Part shown: positions 27,488 to 36,322 of the stretch, in pieces
How positions within the stretch are numbered: position 1 is the first letter of the stretch
How the letters are laid out: the number at the start of each line of letters is the position of its first letter
NCBI GenBank assembly: GCA_964544155.1
Contig: CAZJAH010000005.1
Span: 13,420-77,419, forward strand
Direction: 5' to 3'
DNA length: 64,000 nt
Origin: an uncultured Hyphomicrobiales bacterium
Lineage (GTDB): Bacteria > Bacteroidota > Ignavibacteria > Kapaibacteriales > UBA2268
Notes under the pieces: model-generated
What the model saw: the letters and a program-made list of their open reading frames with translations, nothing else
What the model was told of the DNA's origin: nothing
Database searches by the model: none
Translations under genes and position numbers: made by a program

Positions 27488-28588
27488 TTATTCCATGTCG
27501 CGGCCAAGATAAGACGATGGATGCTCTTTAAGCTCTTTATCGAGGCTATTGTATATTATGGAACTTATATCATAAATAGCCTTGTTCATATGCTCACGGC
27601 TGTCTCCCCTGGTCATGATCGCTAGCAGATAGGGTTTGTTTTCCATATAAACTATTCCCGCGTGGTGCAGCTGACGGAATATGTTTTGTTCACCGTCGAA
27701 ATAAGAATTTATTCCCCATTTGTGAGCAACTTCGACATCTCCGGGTACCGCTTCACGTATGCCGAAGGGATAATTGGCAGAAGCTAAAAGTTCCAGCGCT
27801 TTCTGTGAATACCCGGGAGAAAGGTAAGAAGCATTATACAGTACTCTGAAGAAAGACGAATAGCTTTTTACAGACATGATATTATCGCCATAAGAAACAT
27901 TTTTTTCAAGCTGAAAACCAAGATCTTCCTGCACTTGGATCAAAAAGTCTTTATCATAGGCAAAAAGCAGGTCATACAAAAGAATTGTGGCTTCATTATC
28001 AGAATTGACTATCATGTACTCAATAAGCTGTTCCACACTGTATGATTCGCCTTCAACAAGTTGGGTTTCAGTAGAATTTTGAGAATGATTTCCAAGTACA
28101 ATACCCGCCCTGCTGTTAATGTATTTAATCTGCTTTTCAAGGATTGCCGAATTCGTTTCAGCAATTTTGAATATGGCTATCAGGATGGGCACTTTCATTA
28201 GACTGGAGGGGCTAAACTTTTCTTTTTCATTAATTCCGAACCAGTATCCCGAATTTAAATCTCTATAATATACTGAAATATGAAAAACAGTATCCTGCAT
28301 TTCAAAATTCTTTATGTAATTTCTGATATCGCTTTCGAATGTCTTTATTTCTCTAAAATTCAATAAGCGGTATTCTTCGCAATCATACAGGGGATTTACA
28401 AGAAAATTTTTATTCCCCGGCGCAGGGTGCGATGTTTCACTATAGCTGATATCAAGATCGGCGCTGCTTTTGCCTCTGAAAGCAAAAATCGCGAGAGCAG
28501 TAATCGCGGCTCCGGCAATAAATGAGATAAGGCTTAAAAGAAGCCTTTTGGTGATATTACTGTTTTGTTCAGGCGTAACGTTTTTCAT
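27488..28588 (-). CDS. Class A beta-lactamase-like serine hydrolase with N-terminal membrane anchor
   Basis: PSSLMK (SxxK), SDN, HKWG in the KTG position. Confidence 0.8.
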   Translation of the reverse strand: MKNVTPEQNSNITKRLLLSLISFIAGAAITALAIFAFRGKSSADLDISYSETSHPAPGNKNFLVNPLYDCEEYRLLNFREIKTFESDIRNYIKNFEMQDTVFHISVYYRDLNSGYWFGINEKEKFSPSSLMKVPILIAIFKIAETNSAILEKQIKYINSRAGIVLGNHSQNSTETQLVEGESYSVEQLIEYMIVNSDNEATILLYDLLFAYDKDFLIQVQEDLGFQLEKNVSYGDNIMSVKSYSSFFRVLYNASYLSPGYSQKALELLASANYPFGIREAVPGDVEVAHKWGINSYFDGEQNIFRQLHHAGIVYMENKPYLLAIMTRGDSREHMNKAIYDISSIIYNSLDKELKEHPSSYLGRDME

Positions 28589-28701
28589 TAACCGGTCCGT
28601 TTTAATAATAATTTTTATAACAATAAAAGCTTTAAAACAGCCTCTCTTAAATAGATGAACAAAAATAATATATTTTTTGGTTAACGAGAGATGAAATAAT
28701 T

Positions 28702-29559
28702 ATGCCTGATAAAGTATTTGTTGTAGGCGGTACCGGGAACGCTGGATCGGAAGTCGCCAAAAAGCTTGCCTCTGAGGGTTATATAGTCCTGGCGGCATCG
28801 AGAAATCCCGGTAATGTAACTGTCTGGCATAAAAAAATTCAGCCTTATGAATTTGATTATAATAAACCTGAAACCTACTCGGATATACTCAAAGAGATGG
28901 ATTACGTATTCATGCACTCACCGCCGGCCCATCCCGATAATCACAAATTGATGATCCCCTTCATCGATAAAGCTATTGAAAGCGGAGTAAAAAAAATCAT
29001 CTTTATGTCCGCCATGGGCGTGGAATTTGACGAAAACCTGCCTCTGAGAGCAACTGAGATACACCTGGAAAAATCGGGTTCTGATTACGTTGTATTCAGG
29101 CCGAACTGGTTTTTTCAGGTATTCAACAGCCAGTACGCCGGCCAGATCAATAAAACGGGAAGGTTGATGCTTCCCGCAGGAAACGCTCAGATATCATTCA
29201 TTGATACAAGAGATATTGCGGCATGTACCAATGCGGCACTTAAAGATAATTCACTGGATAATAAGGCTTATACACTGACAGGCCCCATGCCGCATTCGAT
29301 TGATGAAGTTGTTAAAGAGATTAGTGAAGTAAGCGGCAAAAACATTCAATATAAATCTGCCGAAGCTGACGAATTCCGGCAGTATCTTCTGGAAGCGGGA
29401 GTACCACCGGAATCTGTCGATATAGTTGACAGGCTCTTTACGGTAGTAAGGCACGGGCACGCCAATAAGGTAACTGATGAAGTAGAAAAGATAAGCGGGA
29501 ATAAACCACGCTCTTTGAGGGATTACGTAAAAGATTATCGCAAATACTGGGAACTATAA
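28702..29559 (+). CDS. NmrA-like / atypical SDR NAD(P)-binding oxidoreductase
   Basis: VVGGTGNAG, RPNWFFQ, SFIDTRDIA, YTLTGP. Confidence 0.88.
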   Translation: MPDKVFVVGGTGNAGSEVAKKLASEGYIVLAASRNPGNVTVWHKKIQPYEFDYNKPETYSDILKEMDYVFMHSPPAHPDNHKLMIPFIDKAIESGVKKIIFMSAMGVEFDENLPLRATEIHLEKSGSDYVVFRPNWFFQVFNSQYAGQINKTGRLMLPAGNAQISFIDTRDIAACTNAALKDNSLDNKAYTLTGPMPHSIDEVVKEISEVSGKNIQYKSAEADEFRQYLLEAGVPPESVDIVDRLFTVVRHGHANKVTDEVEKISGNKPRSLRDYVKDYRKYWEL

Positions 29560-29586
29560 CTTATTATGCATAAGCATGGAGATTAG

Positions 29587-30327
29587 TTACTCAACAGCTA
29601 TAGCGCTGATATCAGAGGATATTTGGATTGATTCGCTGCCGCCTGCTACGACATTGAATCTGAATGTAGCAGCATAATTACCGGCTTCACCGGGCTTGAA
29701 ACTCACAAACATCTGCTTTGGTGAATTACTGTTGATAATAAAAGGAAAGTCTGTTTCAACTTTGAAATTAGAATAATCATTATTCATGCCGATATCATCT
29801 ATTCTGACTTCCATTCCCGTATGATTATAAATATTTATTGCCTGGATATGCAGATTATTAACCTTGCGCTGGCCGAAATTAAGATCGCTGATAAAAACAG
29901 GCGGCGCGGATGCCTTTACATTATATTTCAATGATGTCAGGTCATTGAAGTATATCTGTTGAGAAATATCGCCGGGTGATACTGCTTTAAATAAAAGCAG
30001 CAGGGTATCTGTATCGCCAATATAATCTCTTGGTTCGAGAGTAAAAGGCAGGGAATCCCTTAGCTGGATCTCTGCATTACCTGATTCGGCATGAAATTCA
30101 GTAATTTCAAGTTCACCCATGGTTATATTTTTAATAATTATTTTCTGCAAATAGAAATTATTAACATTAACAACTCCAAAATCAATCGTACCGGGCTGAA
30201 TTTCAATAGGTTTCTGATTATTACTAACCCTGTTTGCCTGTACATCAGTAGGCGATTTGCAGGCTGCCAGAGCGATCATGGCTATGGCAGCAGCGAGCAT
30301 CAATATATGCTTTACGGCTATCATCAC
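29587..30327 (-). CDS. Lipoprotein with two Ig-like (ASH/choice-of-anchor D-like) domains
   Basis: LAAC lipobox; repeated IDFGVV...IKN / LNFGQR...IYN units with PFTLEP / PFIINS and FKP. Confidence 0.65.
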   Translation of the reverse strand: MMIAVKHILMLAAAIAMIALAACKSPTDVQANRVSNNQKPIEIQPGTIDFGVVNVNNFYLQKIIIKNITMGELEITEFHAESGNAEIQLRDSLPFTLEPRDYIGDTDTLLLLFKAVSPGDISQQIYFNDLTSLKYNVKASAPPVFISDLNFGQRKVNNLHIQAINIYNHTGMEVRIDDIGMNNDYSNFKVETDFPFIINSNSPKQMFVSFKPGEAGNYAATFRFNVVAGGSESIQISSDISAIAVE

Positions 30328-31565
30328 AAATTGACCCTGATGCCGGCCGTTAACCCTGCCTTATCACTATTGAAGGTATTACCTGAGAAGAAATACCAAA
30401 GGCGGGTATATTCTAAAGCTCCGTAAACTGAGATCTTGCCAGTACGTATTAACTCTGCTCCGATCATGGGCCTGATAAGAGGCCCTACTTCCGTGCCTCC
30501 AACTAATATTCGCGCGAATGGCTGCAGATTAACAATATCAAATTCTGCTACCGACCCGAAATCGTACTGGTAATATAATCCTCCCCAAAATCCCAGATAG
30601 TTAATATTTTCGTCAACAAAGATATTATCAACTTTCCCGCTGTAATTCATCATGAAATTTTCCTGGCCTACTTCTACTCCGAGAGAATTATTTTCGTCGA
30701 ATTGATATGCAAGGCTGATCCCCATATTGTTTATGGTTGGTTCTGAAAGCGGTGCAACATCATTACCGTTAATAGGGTTTGTAAAATTATATCTGAATTG
30801 CAGGGAGAAATTCCTGATATATTGCCCGTAATTTCTATATTCAATCGGCATATTAGGCTGAGGCCTCTCAACAGTATTGATCGAAAGCTGCTCACGGCGG
30901 GAATTCGAATAAGTAAGCATGGCTATTTCCGGCTGTATTACAGGCATGCCGGGTTGCAAGCTTACATTGTCGTTCGCCTTTTCGGTTTTGGGATTGTTAA
31001 GGGAGGCCTGCGCTTTATTCGCCGCTTTATTAGTGCCTGCTGAAAGGCTTTGGCTTATTTCCGAAGGAGCCGCGGTAGTCAGTGACGCCGGTTCGGTATA
31101 ATTGATTTCAGGCCTGTCTGATGATTTATCTTCAAACGATTGTATAAGTGGCTCAAGATCTTTAGATGCAAGTTCAGCCTGTAGATTATCATCGGCCGTA
31201 TTAAATATCAAATACGCCCCCAAAAAAGCGAGCAATGCCGACATACCTGCTATAAAAGGCTTACCGGCAAAAAAACCTCCCTGACTACCGGATGAACCGC
31301 CTGCGGGGGTATCGGTTGTTCCGCCTGAAGCCAGGCCCGTACTCATTAGGATATTTTGTTTAAGGGCTGCCGGCGGCTGACTCATCGAGCCTTTGTACAT
31401 ATTCTTAATTAGCACGTGCTCCCTCATTTCAGACTGAAGCTCCGGATTCTGTGCCATATCGAAAAAGAGCTGTTCAGCGTCAGGGCCTGATAGCTCGCCA
31501 TCAAGGAAAGCTATCAACTTTTCCGAATTTGTGAGAAATTCACCGTTATTATGTAACTGGTCCAT
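30324..31565 (-). CDS. Putative anti-sigma factor fused to a C-terminal outer-membrane beta-barrel
   Basis: N-terminal LIAFLDGELS anti-sigma-like domain, one TM (FIAGMSALLAFLGAYLIF), low-complexity linker, amphipathic beta strands ending GLTAGIRVNL; directly downstream of an ECF sigma. Confidence 0.7.
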   Translation of the reverse strand: MDQLHNNGEFLTNSEKLIAFLDGELSGPDAEQLFFDMAQNPELQSEMREHVLIKNMYKGSMSQPPAALKQNILMSTGLASGGTTDTPAGGSSGSQGGFFAGKPFIAGMSALLAFLGAYLIFNTADDNLQAELASKDLEPLIQSFEDKSSDRPEINYTEPASLTTAAPSEISQSLSAGTNKAANKAQASLNNPKTEKANDNVSLQPGMPVIQPEIAMLTYSNSRREQLSINTVERPQPNMPIEYRNYGQYIRNFSLQFRYNFTNPINGNDVAPLSEPTINNMGISLAYQFDENNSLGVEVGQENFMMNYSGKVDNIFVDENINYLGFWGGLYYQYDFGSVAEFDIVNLQPFARILVGGTEVGPLIRPMIGAELIRTGKISVYGALEYTRLWYFFSGNTFNSDKAGLTAGIRVNL

Positions 31566-31580
31566 TATATTTAACCATTA

Positions 31581-32159
31581 TTATAGATTATTATTTTTTT
31601 CACTTTTAAAATCTTTCATATACGGAGCCATAAGCTCTTTGATTTTATTTCTTGCTCTGTATATTCTTATTCTTATTACCGGCATTGTTGTATTCAGAGT
31701 TTCAGCGATATCTTTATAAGACATATCGAAATATTCTTTTAGAATTATTACTTCTCTGTACTGATCCGGCAGATCCTCTATAGCTGTTTCGAGCAGGTCG
31801 GCAAGCTCTTTTTTATCATAATTTGTGTCATAAGTGGGAAAATGAAAATCCTCTAAAGGAACGTTATCATTATGTTTTTTAACTTTCTCATTAAGGCAGA
31901 GATTTCTCGCTATCCTCACCAAATATCCCGCTACGTTGGACATGGGCCTGTCAACCTGAGCACTTTCGTAAAATCTTGTAAATGTTTCCTGAAAAATATC
32001 TTCTGCTAGCTCCTGATTATTCAATATTTTCCGGCAATAGTTATATAGTTTGGTTGAATACCTTTCGTATAGCTCATCAAACGCTGCCTTTGCCGAGGTT
32101 TTGTTCTTCAGCAGAGCATACAGCTGTTCATCGCTTTTATGTTTTAATTCATTTTTCAT
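31581..32159 (-). CDS. ECF RNA polymerase sigma factor
   Basis: SDEQL, AFDELYERY, AEDIFQETF, IARNLCLN, LPDQYREV, SYKDIAE, RIYRAR. Confidence 0.93.
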   Translation of the reverse strand: MKNELKHKSDEQLYALLKNKTSAKAAFDELYERYSTKLYNYCRKILNNQELAEDIFQETFTRFYESAQVDRPMSNVAGYLVRIARNLCLNEKVKKHNDNVPLEDFHFPTYDTNYDKKELADLLETAIEDLPDQYREVIILKEYFDMSYKDIAETLNTTMPVIRIRIYRARNKIKELMAPYMKDFKSEKNNNL

Positions 32160-32339
32160 TTATTGATCTTAGTCAAATAAAAGCTTTTTATTGACTTAAC
32201 AGTTTCTACAATTAATAAACAGTTGAATATAACATTTGTCACATTTTTTAAACGTTTTTTTAGTTTTTTTTATTAAATCATTTGAGCCATGCCTAAATTT
32301 TAGTAAAAACCTTAAGCGGCAATTCCATAAAAATCGAAA

Positions 32340-32359
32340 GGGCTGCCATTTGGCAGCCC
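32340..32359 (-). terminator. Intrinsic terminator after the T9SS cargo gene
   Basis: GGGCTGCCA-AA-TGGCAGCCC followed by TTTCGATTTTT on the minus strand. Confidence 0.75.
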
Positions 32360-32369
32360 GTAATTTTAA

Positions 32370-35300
32370 TCATTTCGTGATCTGTATTTTAATACCGGAT
32401 AATTTTCCTTTGTGCCTAATCATCAGGAAATATAGTCCCGAGCTTAGCCCGGACGATTCTATTTGAAATCTGTGGCTGGCCGCGGCCGTATAGCCTTTTG
32501 CAATTTCTTTAACCTTTAAGCCATTCAGATCATTCAGGTATATTTTGTAATCTCCGCTGCTGCCGAATCTTATTTCAATATCTGAAACCTCATTTACTGG
32601 ATTAGGATTTACTGAAAGTTCAATGCCGATTGCTTCCGGCTGTTTCACACTTTGACCCGGCTCGGAAATTGGGATGCTGCCGTCTGTCTTATAATTATAA
32701 GTGTTGGAGTTGGTATTGTTCCAGTTATAGGGCACTAACATGAAAGTATAATTGGAATAATTATCTTCGGCAGCAATAACGAAGCTTTCTGCATCCGGAT
32801 TAATTATAACGGCCATAACCATGCTATTGCCGATCATATTCCCGCTCAGGTATGATTTGCCGTCTTCGGGGAGTTCTTCGGGTATTTGCCCGTCCCTGCC
32901 AATTATAATATATCCTTTTGCATTACCGATTGAGGCAGCGGGAGGAAAATTGAAAACCACATCATCGCCTATTATTGCAGAAAAGCTATCGGCGTGGGAT
33001 TCAGGTTCCGGGGAAAATGTCCAGAATGATTCTGCTTTGCCATAGCCCGTGCCGCCGTTATTAATAGCGTAAGCCCTGACTGAATATCGTTTTTGCGGTT
33101 CCAGTTCATCAATATCTACCGAGTAAGCGCCTGCCTGATATTCTCCTGTTTCACTTATTAGTGTTACTCCTTCATCGCCGATGAATTTACCCTGTAAGTC
33201 GTAATCGTAATAAATTACACCTCTCTCATAAGCACTCTCTCCTCCGGTAGCATTTATCTCAGCTTCGATAATAACTGAAGAAGAGCTGATCACATTGGCA
33301 TTTAAAGTAACGACTCCCGGAGGGCCCGGAAATGTGGTTGCCGTGGTTTGCGGTACTTCGCCGTCAGTTTTGTAATCAATATCATCATCATTATTGCTAT
33401 ACGGATACACATAGAATGTGTATTCTGTGTTGCCGTATAATCCGTTTATAGTACTAGAATTTGACCCCCCGAAGTAATCCACGTTCGCAAAACCAATTCC
33501 ATCACTGAAATCACTGTCATCATCGTAAGGTATGCCGTCTTCAATAAGGGGCATTTCAGTGCCTGTTTCTACGATTACGACTAGATATTTATCCGGTACA
33601 GGCGGAACAACGGATTCCTGCCAAAGCAGCTTAATGCTGTCAGAACTGATCACTTCAGTAATAAGTGTTGTTACATGCTCTGCAGGTTCTTCTTTTAAAG
33701 TTGTTCCTGAAAGTTCAGGTAATTCTCCGTCAAGTTTGTAATTGATGGCATCGCCTGTATTTGTGTAGGGATATATCCTGATGTTGTATTCTCCGCCTGA
33801 AAGAAGTCCTGTTATTTCAAAATCGATCATGCCGCTTTTATGATCAATATTATAGGCCACTATTCCGTCGGAAACATCACTGTCATCGGTGATCGGCAGT
33901 CCGTCTTCAACGACCGGCCATGAAGATGCCTGAGATGACCTGGTAAGTATCAGATAAGAATGAGGAATAACTCCACCAAAAGACCCTCTGAATCTTAAAG
34001 TTAATGATGTTTGCGACCTTGCAGTAATAGAATAGTCGGTTACATGGTTGGAAGGTTCGGCTTCGTATGTCTTGAATGATACTTCCGGTGCATCATTTGG
34101 ATTAAAGTTGATATCCACGCTATTATTTGTATAAGCAACTATCTTGGCTCCGAAATTCGTATTAGGATCAAGATTATCAAAGGAATAGCTCGTTACATCT
34201 TCATCATAATCGATGTAAACAACAAAATGATTAAAATGCCAGTTTGTATCTGTTGGAATTTCCGTGCCGTCGGCAAATGAAGCATATGAGCTGGCTCCTC
34301 TTTTTCCAAGAAGCAGATAGCCGTCCGGCAGCACCTCTCCTGTTGAATGTTCCCATTCAACTGTCGCGCTATTAGAACCTACTGTAACTAATCTCAGTTC
34401 AGCCGGATTAGATGAAGGCTGTTCTTTTAGTTCAGTCAGCCTGTAAACTCCATTATCTTTTGAAGCAGCATAAACTTCTTGATCGATTACTGATAATTCG
34501 TAAACAGCAGATGATATTTCATTTAAATTGTAGTCTTCCCAGCTGGAGCCTTTGTCTGTACTTCTCATCACTCCCAGTTCTGTGGCAATAAACAAAAATC
34601 CCTTATTAACTACCAGGCTATTAACCTCTGCCCCGCCGATGCCGTTATTGATTTCGACCCAGTTAGCGGCTTTGTCGGTGGATTTAAATACTCCGTCCTG
34701 TGTTACCGCGTATAGGGTGTCATTATCCCGATCGAGGTCTATTACATTTAATGAAGTCAGGCCGTTATTGTGAGAAGTCCAGTTCAATCCGGTGTTTGTA
34801 CTTCTGAAAATCCCCTGGGCCGTTGCTATATAGTAAAAAGTGTCCATGATGATTAGCGAATAAATATCGATTGTGGGCAGCCCTGAATTGATCCCCGACC
34901 AAACAACGCCATTATCTGTGGATTTGAACAGTCCCCCTAAATTGCATGAGACATACAGAATGCTTTCGTAATGCTGTATGTTGTTTATTTTGTTTGAACC
35001 AAGTCCGATATTAACCTGCGACCAGTTATTACCATCGATACTTTTGTACAAACCGTTGGTTTCAGTTCCGATATAATAATATCCATCTATGCCTAATGAA
35101 GAAAGATAACTTACATTATTATCGGCCAGATGAGTCTTTTTCCACTGTTTGCCTTTATTATCTGAAACAAACACTCCTTCCTGATCGGTTCCTGTAAAAA
35201 TAACATTAGAATATCCGCCGACCGTAGTCGAGCTGTATCTGTTAATTATCGAAGCTACTAAATCCCAATTGCTCGAAACCGGGTCAAATTTAACAATACC

Positions 35301-36176
35301 ATTTTCAACCACCGCGAAAGGAACATCGGTAACAACCATATCCTCAGGTGATGAAAGCGCGGCGACAGACGTGCCTGACCACGAAGCTCCGGTATTTGTG
35401 GATTTATAGACCGTAGTAGATGACAGCGCGTAATAAGTATTTGATTTAAGCTCAATATCAATAATAGGATTCAAAGACCCCGAATTAGTATTAGTCCAGG
35501 TCTGGCCATGGTCAGAGGATCTGTAAATTATACCTGAAGCCGCGCCTGCCAAAACTATCGAACCGTTATAATTAACGCAGCGGAGATCTTTATCAGTCAT
35601 ACCCTGGCTTGCGTCCATCCAATCCGATCCATTATTTGATGATCGAAACATTCCATTTTCTGTGGCAGCAAATACCCAGTCTCCGGATTTAACAACCTGA
35701 CGGACATCGTCGCTTGCCAGGCCATTATCAAGAAGATCCCATGATTGCCCAACGTCATTCGACCTCAGCACACCTGAATTAGTAGCAACAAAAATGCTAA
35801 ATTCGTACTTGGAAATGCCTGCTAAAGTATAAGCCTGCGGTGAATGTACGCTTACCCAGGAGTTTCCGTTATTGGTGGATTTAAATATCCCCCCGTCGTG
35901 TGTAGTTAAAAATAATTTATTATCCTGCTGAACAAATCCCGTGATTTCATAGCCGTTCGCATCCTGGGAAATATTCATCCAAAGTGATCCTCCATCTGTT
36001 GACTTATAGACGTCACCGGTATAAGTCCCCGCGAATATTTCATCCCCGAATACTGCAATTGCGGTAAATTTAGTCTCCGAAATATTCCTTATCCACTGCT
36101 GAGCGGATAACTCTTGTGTTATAAAGCTTAAGCTCATAAGAGCCAATAAGAATAAACCGAGTTGAACTCTTTTCAT
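32370..36176 (-). CDS. Secreted protein with BNR/Asp-box beta-propellers, FN3-like repeats and a T9SS type A C-terminal domain
   Basis: Signal peptide, many S-x-D/N-x-G-x-x-W boxes, repeated FN3-like modules, VNPNPV...LSSGLYFLMI...KIQITK CTD. Confidence 0.85.
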   Translation of the reverse strand: MKRVQLGLFLLALMSLSFITQELSAQQWIRNISETKFTAIAVFGDEIFAGTYTGDVYKSTDGGSLWMNISQDANGYEITGFVQQDNKLFLTTHDGGIFKSTNNGNSWVSVHSPQAYTLAGISKYEFSIFVATNSGVLRSNDVGQSWDLLDNGLASDDVRQVVKSGDWVFAATENGMFRSSNNGSDWMDASQGMTDKDLRCVNYNGSIVLAGAASGIIYRSSDHGQTWTNTNSGSLNPIIDIELKSNTYYALSSTTVYKSTNTGASWSGTSVAALSSPEDMVVTDVPFAVVENGIVKFDPVSSNWDLVASIINRYSSTTVGGYSNVIFTGTDQEGVFVSDNKGKQWKKTHLADNNVSYLSSLGIDGYYYIGTETNGLYKSIDGNNWSQVNIGLGSNKINNIQHYESILYVSCNLGGLFKSTDNGVVWSGINSGLPTIDIYSLIIMDTFYYIATAQGIFRSTNTGLNWTSHNNGLTSLNVIDLDRDNDTLYAVTQDGVFKSTDKAANWVEINNGIGGAEVNSLVVNKGFLFIATELGVMRSTDKGSSWEDYNLNEISSAVYELSVIDQEVYAASKDNGVYRLTELKEQPSSNPAELRLVTVGSNSATVEWEHSTGEVLPDGYLLLGKRGASSYASFADGTEIPTDTNWHFNHFVVYIDYDEDVTSYSFDNLDPNTNFGAKIVAYTNNSVDINFNPNDAPEVSFKTYEAEPSNHVTDYSITARSQTSLTLRFRGSFGGVIPHSYLILTRSSQASSWPVVEDGLPITDDSDVSDGIVAYNIDHKSGMIDFEITGLLSGGEYNIRIYPYTNTGDAINYKLDGELPELSGTTLKEEPAEHVTTLITEVISSDSIKLLWQESVVPPVPDKYLVVIVETGTEMPLIEDGIPYDDDSDFSDGIGFANVDYFGGSNSSTINGLYGNTEYTFYVYPYSNNDDDIDYKTDGEVPQTTATTFPGPPGVVTLNANVISSSSVIIEAEINATGGESAYERGVIYYDYDLQGKFIGDEGVTLISETGEYQAGAYSVDIDELEPQKRYSVRAYAINNGGTGYGKAESFWTFSPEPESHADSFSAIIGDDVVFNFPPAASIGNAKGYIIIGRDGQIPEELPEDGKSYLSGNMIGNSMVMAVIINPDAESFVIAAEDNYSNYTFMLVPYNWNNTNSNTYNYKTDGSIPISEPGQSVKQPEAIGIELSVNPNPVNEVSDIEIRFGSSGDYKIYLNDLNGLKVKEIAKGYTAAASHRFQIESSGLSSGLYFLMIRHKGKLSGIKIQITK

Positions 36177-36322
36177 AACTTTCTCCCCAAATATTAAAAA
36201 GCAGATAATATTGTATTATAGTATATATCATTCTTTGCAATCAGGTACAGCTATCCCTTAATGAACAATAATACGTAAAATAATGAAATATTTTCAATAA
36301 TTATGCTTTGATTATGAAAATA

